From: an uncultured delta proteobacterium
GTDB taxonomy: Bacteria; Desulfobacterota; Binatia; Binatales; Binataceae
Direction: 5' to 3'
Assembly: GCA_963724765.1 (NCBI GenBank)
Contig: CAVRVY010000004.1
Coordinates: 928,001 to 992,000 of the forward strand
DNA: 64,000 nt
In this document: positions 53,780 through 62,953 of the stretch, in pieces
How positions within the stretch are numbered: position 1 is the stretch's first letter
Layout of the letters: each line of letters opens with the position of its first letter
Made by a program: the position numbers and the translations under genes
Notes under the pieces: generated by a model
What the model saw: the letters and a program-made list of their open reading frames with translations, nothing else
What the model was told of the DNA's origin: nothing
The model's database searches: none

Positions 53780-53983
53780 GAAAGAGCGCCGGACCTGCGA
53801 GCCCGCGCCGTCGCAATTGTAGTTGATCGTGCGGGTCGGCAGGTAGCGCGCCGCGCGTGCCGGCGCGAGAGATAGCCTGCGGCCGCCAGCGCCGCTTGGC
53901 GCTCGCGGCCGCACTCACGGATTCGCATCTCGGATCGTCGCGGTTCGGACGCTTCTCGCGACCGGTCCGCGACGCGTCTTTCC

Positions 53984-55027
53984 TCATGCAGCAGGCAGCA
54001 TCACGATCTTGCCGGCCACGGCGTTGGTCTCCATCAGATCTTGCGCGCGGCCGAGTTCCTTGAGCTCCATCGTGCGGTCGATGACCGGCTTGATCAGGCC
54101 GCGCTCCACGAAGCGCATCGCCTCGATCAATTCACCCTTGTTGCCCAGATGCGAGCCGAGGTAATTCTGCTGCTTGTTCCACAGAAGCCGGATGTCCATG
54201 TGAGCGTCAAAGCCGGAAGTGGCGCCGCAGGTTACAATCGTGCCGCCCCACTTCAGACACTGCATCGAAAGCGGCCAGGTTTCGGCCCCGGTATGTTCGA
54301 ACACGATGTCGGCGCGCCGGCCGTCGGTGATACGCCGGACCTCGGCGAAGATGTCATCGCGCATGCGATTGAGCACGAACTCGGCGCCGAGTTTGCGCGC
54401 CAGTTCGAGTTTTTCGTCGCTGGAGGCGATCGCGATCGGCCGCGCATTGAACAGCTTCGCGATCTGGATCGCCATCACGCCCAGCCCGCCGCTCGCACCC
54501 CATACCAGCACGAAGTCTCCCGCCTGCACCCGCGCCCGCGACACCAGCATCCGCCACACCGTGACCAGCACCAGCGGCATCGAGGCCGCCTCTTCCCAGC
54601 TCAGGTTCCTGGGCTTGGCCAGCACGTTAACCGCCGGCAGCTTGCAATACTCGCCGTGCGCGCCGTCGAGTGGACCGGTCTGAAAGCCCCAGATTTTGAA
54701 GTCGTGGCAGAAAAATTCCTCGCCGCGGGTGCAGTAGTAACAGTGACGGCACGCGATGCCGCAATGGACCACCACCTCGTCGCCGATTGCGACGTCGTGC
54801 ACCTCGCTCCCGCGATCGACCACCACTCCAGCCGCGTCCGAGCCCGAGATATGCGGCATCAGAATCTTCATCCCGGGCAATCCGCGGCGCGCCCAGATGT
54901 CATTGAAATTGCAGGCCGAAGCCTTGACCTTGAGTACGACCTCGTTGGGGCCAGGCTTGGGTTCGGCAATATCCTTGTATTGTAAGACTTCTGGACCCCC
55001 GTTGCGCTCGAAAACAATGGCTTTCAT
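53984..55027 (-). CDS. Zinc-binding MDR dehydrogenase/reductase
   Basis: PHISGSDAAG, structural-Zn CRHCYYC..C, VLVWGASGGLG, GTIVTCGATSG. Confidence 0.9.
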   Translation of the reverse strand: MKAIVFERNGGPEVLQYKDIAEPKPGPNEVVLKVKASACNFNDIWARRGLPGMKILMPHISGSDAAGVVVDRGSEVHDVAIGDEVVVHCGIACRHCYYCTRGEEFFCHDFKIWGFQTGPLDGAHGEYCKLPAVNVLAKPRNLSWEEAASMPLVLVTVWRMLVSRARVQAGDFVLVWGASGGLGVMAIQIAKLFNARPIAIASSDEKLELARKLGAEFVLNRMRDDIFAEVRRITDGRRADIVFEHTGAETWPLSMQCLKWGGTIVTCGATSGFDAHMDIRLLWNKQQNYLGSHLGNKGELIEAMRFVERGLIKPVIDRTMELKELGRAQDLMETNAVAGKIVMLPAA

Positions 55028-55485
55028 TAAATTTTCCGTGTTCCGACGTTCCGTGTTTCCTGTGGGCGTCTCTCGCGTGTGCGAGCGTGCGCATTTAGGT
55101 ATATGTTTGAGGCATCCTTAGCAACGGGGAACGCGCTTCGCGCGATCCGCTCCGAGTTCGGTTGACGACCGTTTATCATTCCCGTAAAACCCATCCGCGA
55201 ATCGGGCCAGATTGTGCCGGTCGCTTGCGAAGACTGCCCGCTTTTTTTGCGAGGTCCGTCTCCGGCCGGTCAAATCGCACTGTTGGGCGCGACACTGCGC
55301 GAACCCATTCGCGAACCGATTGCGCTCATCCGTTGCGCCCGCTAGGTGGATCAGCAATTGCGATGCCAAACGGAAGCGACGTCTCGCGACGCCAAAACAT
55401 CGAGACTCTGTGCCGATATGGACCAGCGTCGCTCCGGCATCAACGGTAAGAATGTAAAAATGTCTGTCGATGGAGAAAACTGACG

Positions 55486-56523
55486 ATGTACGTACTCGAT
55501 AATGGCACCCGTTTCATCATCCCGCGCACGGAGATGACTTATCCCGGCCACAACATGAAGCTCCATCAGACTGCCGCCGACGCGGTGAAAGCTCCGGTGG
55601 ACCATGTGATGGCGGATTTCGAGGATGCCTGCCCGTACGAGTTCAAGGGCCCCAAGAGCCACAAGGTGATGGTTGAGGCGCTCAACACGCTCGACTTCGG
55701 CCGCAAGGTGGTCACGGTGCGGCCCAACAATATCCATTCACCGTTCTTCAAGGGCGACATGGAAGCGATCGTGTTGGGCGCGCCCAACCGCTTCCACGGC
55801 ATCATGCTACCCAAGACGCGCGGCCCTGAGGAAATCCGCGAGGTCGCGCGTCTGCTCGACGACCTCGAACAGCGCGGCGGATGGAAATACAGGATCCAGA
55901 TCGAGTCGCTGGTCGAGACGCCGCAGGCGCTGATCAAGGCCTTCGAGATCGCGACCGCCTCCGACCGCATGTGCGGTCTGGTCTTCGGCATCGCTGACTT
56001 CGCCGCCAACCTCGGTGTGCGCGAGATCGTCGAGAACCAGAACCAGAACTTCCACTACGCCAAGCAATCGATGGTGGTCGCGGCCAAAGCTGCCGGGCTG
56101 CACGCAATCGACAACGTCTACCTCCGGCTGTGGCGCAAAGATGATTCGCCCGCAAAAGTCGCCGAACTGCAGCGCGGCCTGCGCGAGAAAAACGTCGGCG
56201 CTGCCAACCTCGGGATGGACGGCACCTGGGTTATCCATCCGCAGCAGGCCGAGATCGCCAACGCCTGCTACACGCCGAGCGCCGAGCAGGTCGAGGACGC
56301 GCGCCGCGTGGTTACACTCTATCATGAAAAGGGCGGCGGCTCGATGGCGGATCCCAAGAGCGGCGAGATGATCGACGAGGCGACGATCAAGATTGCCCTG
56401 ATGGACCTGGCCAAGGGAGCACAGGCCGGGATCGTCAGCGAAAAAGAGCTCAAGGAATGGTCCGAGAAGAGCCGCTCGATCACCGGCTACGACATCCTGG
56501 AGTTCATGCGCCGCGTGGTGTAA
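55486..56523 (+). CDS. CitE/HpcH-family CoA-ester lyase (malyl-CoA lyase-like)
   Basis: DFEDAC, VTVRPN, MLPK, LVET, FGIADFAA, GMDGTWVIHPQQ, MIDEA. GGAG RBS. Confidence 0.85.
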   Translation: MYVLDNGTRFIIPRTEMTYPGHNMKLHQTAADAVKAPVDHVMADFEDACPYEFKGPKSHKVMVEALNTLDFGRKVVTVRPNNIHSPFFKGDMEAIVLGAPNRFHGIMLPKTRGPEEIREVARLLDDLEQRGGWKYRIQIESLVETPQALIKAFEIATASDRMCGLVFGIADFAANLGVREIVENQNQNFHYAKQSMVVAAKAAGLHAIDNVYLRLWRKDDSPAKVAELQRGLREKNVGAANLGMDGTWVIHPQQAEIANACYTPSAEQVEDARRVVTLYHEKGGGSMADPKSGEMIDEATIKIALMDLAKGAQAGIVSEKELKEWSEKSRSITGYDILEFMRRVV

Positions 56524-56589
56524 CCGCGCGCGTCCCGACACGCTACTGAAAGAAGTCTCGCGCGCGTGACACTCGCCTCTTGGGAGAGG

Positions 56590-57027
56590 TTACTGCGAAA
56601 CGAGCATCCGCGCAGTAGCGGTAAGGGGCAGTGATTTTGACGGCAGAAAAGGTATGCGCAAGCTGTAATTCAAGGCGACGGTGCACTGCGCATCGTCGGA
56701 TGACGGCAGATTGGGATCGGCCGGCCAGGTTACCGTTACATCAGACGCTACTAGTTGGTTGGGCGAGGGCAGATCCGCATAAGCAACCGTGACAGCCTTG
56801 ATCTGAGCGGTCGTCGCCGGGCTGGGACCGGTCGGCGAGTGTACGATGGCATAGCGCACGCATTCGCGGGCGGCGTTGCTGATGGTGTTGTAGGAGTACA
56901 CCGCGAGCGCCATCTCGATTATCGTGAAGGTGAGCAGAAGGAAGATCGTCGCCGCAAGGCCGAATTCAACGCCTCCTTCGCCGACAAAAAAGCGCGTTCC
57001 GAAGCGTGAAGTGGCAGATGCTTTCAT
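56590..57027 (-). CDS. tadE: TadE/TadG-family pseudopilin
   Basis: G.GGVEFGL hydrophobic pilin helix, NAARECVRYA. Confidence 0.85.
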   Translation of the reverse strand: MKASATSRFGTRFFVGEGGVEFGLAATIFLLLTFTIIEMALAVYSYNTISNAARECVRYAIVHSPTGPSPATTAQIKAVTVAYADLPSPNQLVASDVTVTWPADPNLPSSDDAQCTVALNYSLRIPFLPSKSLPLTATARMLVSQ

Positions 57028-57506
57028 TGCTGCTCCACCTGCATCACCGCCTGACTCTTGAGTGTGATCGAGGAAGGAAGTCCTGGGTACTTTACGATGG
57101 TATTGAAGGGAGTTTGGGCGTCGACGACGACATAGTTTCCCTGCGGGTCATCGGTACAGTAATTCGACGAACAGGAGGGATCAGCCGAAGTCGCGGTTCC
57201 GCACGTGCATTGGCTGGCGGTCACCGTCAGATTGGCAACGTTGACGCCATCCTGTTTGGCCGCCGCAACCATCCCGGTTGAGTCGGCGGCGGTAATGACA
57301 CTGGTCGATCCGTATTGCGCTGCCGCACGCGCGGCATTGATCACCTCGATATAAGTATAGAAGAGCCGTGCGAAGTCGGCCGCCACCACCAAAATCATCG
57401 CAATTACAGGAAGTGCGAAGGCCAGTTCGACATAGCTCTGGCCGCGCATGGCCCAAAAGCGCCGGCGCCCCGTGCAAACTTTTCTGTTTGAGCGATGGTT
57501 ATTCAT
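57024..57506 (-). CDS. tadE: TadE/TadG-family pseudopilin
   Basis: RGQSYVELAFALP, AARAAAQYG. Confidence 0.88.
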   Translation of the reverse strand: MNNHRSNRKVCTGRRRFWAMRGQSYVELAFALPVIAMILVVAADFARLFYTYIEVINAARAAAQYGSTSVITAADSTGMVAAAKQDGVNVANLTVTASQCTCGTATSADPSCSSNYCTDDPQGNYVVVDAQTPFNTIVKYPGLPSSITLKSQAVMQVEQQ

Positions 57507-59004
57507 ATAGCGCGCTCGATTCTATCGGCGATCCCTCGCTGAGCGAAGAGTAATTATCGCCAACTTTCGAATTGCCGGTAATCGTAATCTTGTCGGCGAT
57601 CAAGAAGGTATATCCCGAAAGACTGGAATTGCCCAGGTAGGTGAGATTGGTTGTAGGAAAATAGACCGCCCCGTCGAAGGTGGAACTGGAGTTGCCCTCA
57701 ATTGTACTGCCGTTGGAGCTGCTATAGGCTACCGACCGATCCTGAAAAAAGAGTATCCCTTTGAGTGAACCCGAGGTCGGAGCGCTAAAATTCGCGGTCT
57801 CGTTGCCCGAAAGGTTGATCGGTGCGTAGGCGTAGCTGGAACTGCTTGTATTGTAAAAGGTTACGCCAGTCCCAGAGAGCGTGGAGTTGCCGGAAACCGA
57901 TAAGCCGCCACCCGCCAGGATATAAGTGCCCGGACTAAAGGTGACGTTTGCGTTGCTGTTCCCGAGCGAGATCCCGCCGACGTATAAACCGGGCTGGAGT
58001 GTTACTGTGGTGTTCCCCGTGATCGAGACCGGGCCGCAAAACGTATACGTCCCTGCGGCAAACTTGGCAGCGGTGTTTCCTTGCAGAGTGATACTGTTGC
58101 CGGTGCCACCATTTTGATACTGGCCAGGGGCGAAGTTTGCAGTAGTTAGATTTCCAACAAAGGAAATACCATTACCGTAAGTTCCGGTGGCGAAGTTCAG
58201 GGTGGTAATATTTCCACCGATGCTGAAACCGCTCGAGTAAACTGCGGGACCAAGGTCTAGGGTCGTGTAATTGCCTGAAATTGAATCGGTTCCGCTGTTG
58301 GTCTTGGCCGCCTGAGTGCACGTAGGGACAGTGGGCGCCTGAACGTAACTAAGCGGATCGGGAAGCGCCGCGATGTTAACTTTCGGGGTCGGCGAAAAAG
58401 TGATATTACCGGAAGATGAGTAGTTGCCAGTGATCCCCGTGGAGGGAGTTTGCACAGTAATATTGCCGCTCGCAGTGAGCGCGGATGAACTATTCGAATC
58501 GTCGATCAGGCCGCACGCGGAATTTAGATCGATGTTGCCGGTCAGAGCTACAGCCCCGGAGGCCGAAGGGTCGAGAGCGTAGATACAAGCGGGTCCATTG
58601 ACCGCGCCGCTTACTGCCCGCGCGGCCACATTCATCGATTTGTAACCCAATGCGCGCAGGAAATATGTCGGTACCGATTGACTGATGTCGACCTCGACAT
58701 AGGTCACACCGCTCGGATACGGGGAGGAGAGCCCGGGTTCGCTAACCGTCACCGCCACATTGTTCTGCGAATTGGTGAAGCCGTTGAATGAAGTAACGTC
58801 ATCAGCGGCCTGGGTATAGTTTTGGCCGTCGCGCAGTGCATTGGCTCCCGCGATTGCCGCGGCGTCGGCCGCCGTCTGCATGCGGCGCCGTGTGGAATAC
58901 AGAAGGCCGATATCGACCGCCAGGCCGCTAAAGCCGAGCAGTACGAACAACACTCCGGCCGCGAGCAACACAATCTGACCGCGTCTGTTTCGAAATGCCT
59001 TCAT
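57499..59004 (-). CDS. TadG-like pilus protein with a Gly/Ser/Thr/Asn-rich repetitive C-terminal domain
   Basis: RRGQ..LL, LAVDIG, MQTAADAAAIAGA; repeated G.(S/T)I.GN and PG.Y units; GILFFQDR. AGAAGGA RBS before ATG 59004. Confidence 0.85.
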   Translation of the reverse strand: MKAFRNRRGQIVLLAAGVLFVLLGFSGLAVDIGLLYSTRRRMQTAADAAAIAGANALRDGQNYTQAADDVTSFNGFTNSQNNVAVTVSEPGLSSPYPSGVTYVEVDISQSVPTYFLRALGYKSMNVAARAVSGAVNGPACIYALDPSASGAVALTGNIDLNSACGLIDDSNSSSALTASGNITVQTPSTGITGNYSSSGNITFSPTPKVNIAALPDPLSYVQAPTVPTCTQAAKTNSGTDSISGNYTTLDLGPAVYSSGFSIGGNITTLNFATGTYGNGISFVGNLTTANFAPGQYQNGGTGNSITLQGNTAAKFAAGTYTFCGPVSITGNTTVTLQPGLYVGGISLGNSNANVTFSPGTYILAGGGLSVSGNSTLSGTGVTFYNTSSSSYAYAPINLSGNETANFSAPTSGSLKGILFFQDRSVAYSSSNGSTIEGNSSSTFDGAVYFPTTNLTYLGNSSLSGYTFLIADKITITGNSKVGDNYSSLSEGSPIESSALYE

Positions 59005-59548
59005 CGCAAAGATCCTTCTTGTGTATTCCCGCTTTACCATCGTGTGAAAGTGCGCCATGACCTTAAATGGCTTCTATAGTTGCCTCTAACAAGAAGATAG
59101 TTAAAAGAAAACTTCAACAAGTCAAGCGGAAGCTTTTTAGCATTATGAAATGATAAGCTTTATTGACTTTTGATTCTCAAATTTATCAAGCGTCTCTGCG
59201 CTATCAAAAGTGGCCTTAGAAGCACGCGAGACCTCAACGCCCAAGGCTAAGTCCGGATGCCGTCTCTTCACATCAGCGATTTCAGCGGGACCAAAGTGAA
59301 ACAAGATAGCGCCGGTGGCCGAATTGATGCGCCCCGATCGACCTTGCGCCCTTCGGCGTAGCTAAATGGCCTTATCGAATTGACGCGCTCGATGGCGTTT
59401 GGAGCTTGCTGATTATGGGATCACGGCCAAGGCGATCGCGCCGGGACAAGGCCGGCCAGGGATGACTATCGGCGTGCGCAGAGTCTCCCTTGCAGCCGCA
59501 GGCCCACGCGAGCTAGGCGCCGAATCCGAAAAGGAGGCGCGCTGAACC

Positions 59549-60403
59549 TCAGTGCCGATCGACGGCGCGGTAGCGCGCCGCCACCACGTTCCAATCGATG
59601 TGCTCCAGGAACCGCGCCACGTATTTCGCGCGATCAGGATAGTTGAGCAGATAGGCGTGCGAGGCCACGTCGCATACCACCAGCGGATTGCCGCCCGTCC
59701 ATCCCGCAGCGTCGTCCTCGCCCGCCGGCAAATTGTGCCATCGATCGTCGTAGGGATCGTACTCGAGGATCGCCCAGGCCGGCGCGATCCGCGCGCACTC
59801 GATAAAGTCCGCGCGCCAGCTATCGAACGAACCCAAGTGCTCATTTAAGTTGCCGAGCACGTAGCCCGAGGGCTTCATCGGTTTGACCGCGAGGTTGCGG
59901 AAATAGAATTCGTGCAGCAGCACCGAGTTCGCCGCTTCGATCTGCTGGCGGCGGATCAGGCCGTAGTCATTGCCGTGCGCGGCGTCGCGCGGCATCGTCG
60001 CGAGCACGCGCTCGGCCACCACCAGGCGCTCGAAGTCGCGGCGGTACGCCCGGTAGCTTTGCGCGAGCTGATCGTGCGAGAGGAAACCGAAGATCTCCTG
60101 ATACGGCAGCGCCATCGGCGTGCGCGGCTGAAATCCGGTCTCGCCCTTGAGCAGGCCTTCGTGGCTGAGCCCGCTCTCAGGCGGAGGCGCCGGCAGTGCG
60201 GCAGCGGCGCGCGCGACCCCGCGCATCGCGGCCGCTACGCCGAGCGTCAGCGCGGCGCTCAAAAGCTCGCGCCGCCCGACCCGGCGCTCGCCGCCACGGT
60301 TTGTTAGATGACGGGCCTCGCCCTCTTGTTGGTGACGGGCTCCGCCGATTTGTTCGTAACGGGCTTCGCCCTTTTGCAGATAACCCGCGGCGCCTTTTTT
60401 CAC
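59549..60403 (-). CDS. Tat-exported Fe/Mn superoxide dismutase-like protein (atypical ligands)
   Basis: GRRELL twin-arginine signal, LLHEFYFRNL, GSFDSWRADF, PLVVCDVASHAY, FLEHIDWNVV. GTG start overlaps the argC stop. Confidence 0.8.
   Translation of the reverse strand: MKKGAAGYLQKGEARYEQIGGARHQQEGEARHLTNRGGERRVGRRELLSAALTLGVAAAMRGVARAAAALPAPPPESGLSHEGLLKGETGFQPRTPMALPYQEIFGFLSHDQLAQSYRAYRRDFERLVVAERVLATMPRDAAHGNDYGLIRRQQIEAANSVLLHEFYFRNLAVKPMKPSGYVLGNLNEHLGSFDSWRADFIECARIAPAWAILEYDPYDDRWHNLPAGEDDAAGWTGGNPLVVCDVASHAYLLNYPDRAKYVARFLEHIDWNVVAARYRAVDRH
60301..60375. repeat. Three imperfect 24-nt tandem repeats
   Basis: ACGGGC recurs at 60311, 60335 and 60359; encodes QxGxAR(Y/H) units. Confidence 0.6.
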
Positions 60404-61455
60404 GGCACAGGCGCCACGCCCAGCAGCCCCGCCGCCTCGTCATGTCCCAGCATCAGGTTGAGATCCTGTACCGCCTGACCAGCCGCGCCCTTGCCGAGGT
60501 TGTCGATCGCGGTCAGCACCAGCAGAGTTTGCGAACGGCGCTCGAGCACGAAGCCGAGTTCGCAGAAATTGGTGGCGCGGACGTTTTTCAACTCGGGCAG
60601 TTCGCCCGACTTGAGCAGCCGCACGAAGCGCGACTTGGCAAACGACGCCTCGAACGCCGCGCGCACGTCCTCCTCGGTTGTGCCGGCGCGCGGACGCATG
60701 AAGATCGAGCTTAAGATGCCGCGCGTGACCGGCAGCAGATGCGGCACGAACATCACCGCGACCTCGCGTCCCAGCGCGACTCCGATCTCCTGTTCCATCT
60801 CGGGCACGTGGCGATGGTTGCCGACCTTGTAGGCGCGAAAGTTTTCGTTAACCTCGGCGAAGAGCTGCTCGATTTGCGCGGCGCGCCGCGCCCCGGTGGT
60901 GCCCGACTTGGAGTCGATCACGATCGAGGCCGGGTCGACCAGGTCGCGCCGAATAAGCGGCAGAATTCCGAGCAGCGCGGCCGTCGGAAAGCATCCCGGC
61001 ACCGCCACCAGCCGCGCCTCGCGCAGTTCATGGCGATGGAACTCGGCGAGGCCGTAGACCGCTTCCTTGAGCAGCGCGGGCGCCGGATGCTCGGCGCCGT
61101 AGGTCTGCCGGTACTGCGCGGGGTCCTTCAAGCGGAAGTCGGCCGAGAGGTCGATGATCTTGAGCCCGGCCGCAGCCAGTTCGGCGAGCAGCGGTGCGCC
61201 GACCCGCTCCGGCAGACACGACATCACGACTTCGGCGCGTCCGGCGATAAGATCGGCGCGCAGTTCCTCGAACGGCGGCAAATCGATCCCGGCCAGGTGG
61301 CGATAAACGTCGGTCACTTCGCGCCCGGCGTAGTGCTCGGAGGTGAGCACGCTCAGCTCGACGAACGGGTGCCCGGCGAGAATGCGGACGGCCTCGATGC
61401 CCGAATAGCCGGACGCTCCCAGCACCGCTACCCTGACCTTGTTGCGCGACGCCAT
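60400..61455 (-). CDS. argC: N-acetyl-gamma-glutamyl-phosphate reductase
   Basis: GASGYSG, IDLSADFRL, VPGCFPT, HRHVPE, IDNLGKGAAGQAVQ. Confidence 0.97.
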   Translation of the reverse strand: MASRNKVRVAVLGASGYSGIEAVRILAGHPFVELSVLTSEHYAGREVTDVYRHLAGIDLPPFEELRADLIAGRAEVVMSCLPERVGAPLLAELAAAGLKIIDLSADFRLKDPAQYRQTYGAEHPAPALLKEAVYGLAEFHRHELREARLVAVPGCFPTAALLGILPLIRRDLVDPASIVIDSKSGTTGARRAAQIEQLFAEVNENFRAYKVGNHRHVPEMEQEIGVALGREVAVMFVPHLLPVTRGILSSIFMRPRAGTTEEDVRAAFEASFAKSRFVRLLKSGELPELKNVRATNFCELGFVLERRSQTLLVLTAIDNLGKGAAGQAVQDLNLMLGHDEAAGLLGVAPVP

Positions 61456-61637
61456 CGGAATTCCCTTCATCCTCTCTGCCGTGTGTGAATGACGCCCGGC
61501 CGACGGGACATGCTGCTGTCTAACGACCTAGCACTAACGCGCGATGCGGGCCAGTTCGGTCCCCACCCACGCAGCCGAAGGCCGCGATGCGCCCGGCCTG
61601 GAAAACCATATCCCGCGCGGGCGCGCCGGCGCGCGAT

Positions 61638-62036
61638 TTAGCGCTTGGAGTATTGCGGACGCTTGCGGGCCTTGTGGCGGCCGTACTTTTTACGCTCGAC
61701 CTCGCGCGGGTCGCGCGTCAGCATCCCGCCCTTGCGCAGCGCCGGGCGCAGCGCTTCGGAGGCGACGACCAACGCGCGAGAGATTCCGTGACGCACGGCC
61801 TCGGCTTGCGCCGCGATTCCGCCGCCGCGGACGCTGACGATCACGTCGTAATGGCCCTTGGTCTCGGTGAGTTCGAAGGGTTCGAGGATCTTCATGCGAG
61901 AGGTGTCACGCGGAAAATAGACCTCGAGCGCGCGTTCGTTGACGCTAATGGTGCCGGTGCCGGGCGCGAGCCGCACCCGCGCGATCGCGCTCTTGCGTTT
62001 ACCGACCGTCCAGATTTCCGCCTTCTTGTCTGCCAT
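61638..62036 (-). CDS. rpsI: 30S ribosomal protein S9
   Basis: [37 protein letters not shown]. Confidence 0.99.
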   Translation of the reverse strand: MADKKAEIWTVGKRKSAIARVRLAPGTGTISVNERALEVYFPRDTSRMKILEPFELTETKGHYDVIVSVRGGGIAAQAEAVRHGISRALVVASEALRPALRKGGMLTRDPREVERKKYGRHKARKRPQYSKR

Positions 62037-62081
62037 CTCGCCTCGTTTCCTCCGGAGCTTTGCCGTTGCGTGCCCGCCTGC

Positions 62082-62528
62082 TTAGAGCTCGAGCTGCTGG
62101 GGCTGCTGGGCGGCATGCGGATGATCCGCCCCGCGATAAATCTTGAGCTTGGTGAAAAGCCGCCGTCCAAGCCGATTCTTAGGCAACATCCCGCGCACCG
62201 CCGCCTCGAGCAGCCGCTCGGGCCGCGTCTCCATCAGGCGCGCCGCGGTGGTTTTGCGCACGCCCCCGGGATAACCGGTGTGGCGGCTGTAGACTTTGCC
62301 CTCGAGCTTGGCTCCCGTAAGGCGGACCTTGCCGGCATTGATGATGATGACGAAATCGCCGGCGTCCTGGTGTGGCGTGAAGTCGGGGCGATGCTTGCCG
62401 CGGAGCACGCTGGCCGCGCGCGTCGCGACCCGGCCGAGCGGCCGTTCGCTGGCGTCGATCAGCACCCAACGCCGATCGCGCAGCGCGTTCTCGTGCGAAA
62501 CGCTTCTGGTCTGTTCGCTCAGTTTCAA
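62082..62528 (-). CDS. rplM: 50S ribosomal protein L13
   Basis: LRGKHRPDFTPHQDAGD, HTGYPGG, AVRGMLPKNRLGR, HPHAAQQP. Confidence 0.99.
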   Translation of the reverse strand: MKLSEQTRSVSHENALRDRRWVLIDASERPLGRVATRAASVLRGKHRPDFTPHQDAGDFVIIINAGKVRLTGAKLEGKVYSRHTGYPGGVRKTTAARLMETRPERLLEAAVRGMLPKNRLGRRLFTKLKIYRGADHPHAAQQPQQLEL

Positions 62529-62591
62529 CTCTTCAACCCTCGTGCCCGACGCCCACGCCCGTGATGGCGGAGCGGCGGGCGCAACAAATTT

Positions 62592-62669
62592 TGGCGGGGC
62601 CGATGGGATTTGAACCCACGACTTCCGACGTGACAGGCCGGCGTTCTAACCGGGCTGAACTACGACCCC
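62592..62669 (-). tRNA. tRNA-Asp (GTC)
   Basis: Cloverleaf: GGGGTCG/CGGCCCC acceptor stem, anticodon loop CTGTCAC, TTCAAAT T-loop, encoded CCA. Confidence 0.97.
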
Positions 62670-62953
62670 GCCCGAACCATCTTTTTTGACACTTTCCGGC
62701 CCCCGGAGCAACCAAGCCCACGCGGCGGGAACCTTATTGTAGCGGGCTGGAGCGCCTAAGCGCCATTGCCCGGTTGAAGAAGCATCGGCGGCTTGAAGCG
62801 ACATCGGCCGCCGATACACCTGCCGCGCATGACGCCGCTTGCCAGCCTGCCACGCTGTACTTTATTCTTAGAACCAGCGTTGAGCGCAGACGCCCGCCGA
62901 GGGCGCAGCATTTTTAAAACCGCCCGGATTGGTCGTAGTAGTTCCTTGCCCCT

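Noticed and set aside
62592-62669. tRNA-Asp as an integration site
   Set aside because: No integrase or duplicated 3' tRNA end was seen; the flanks are core genes.
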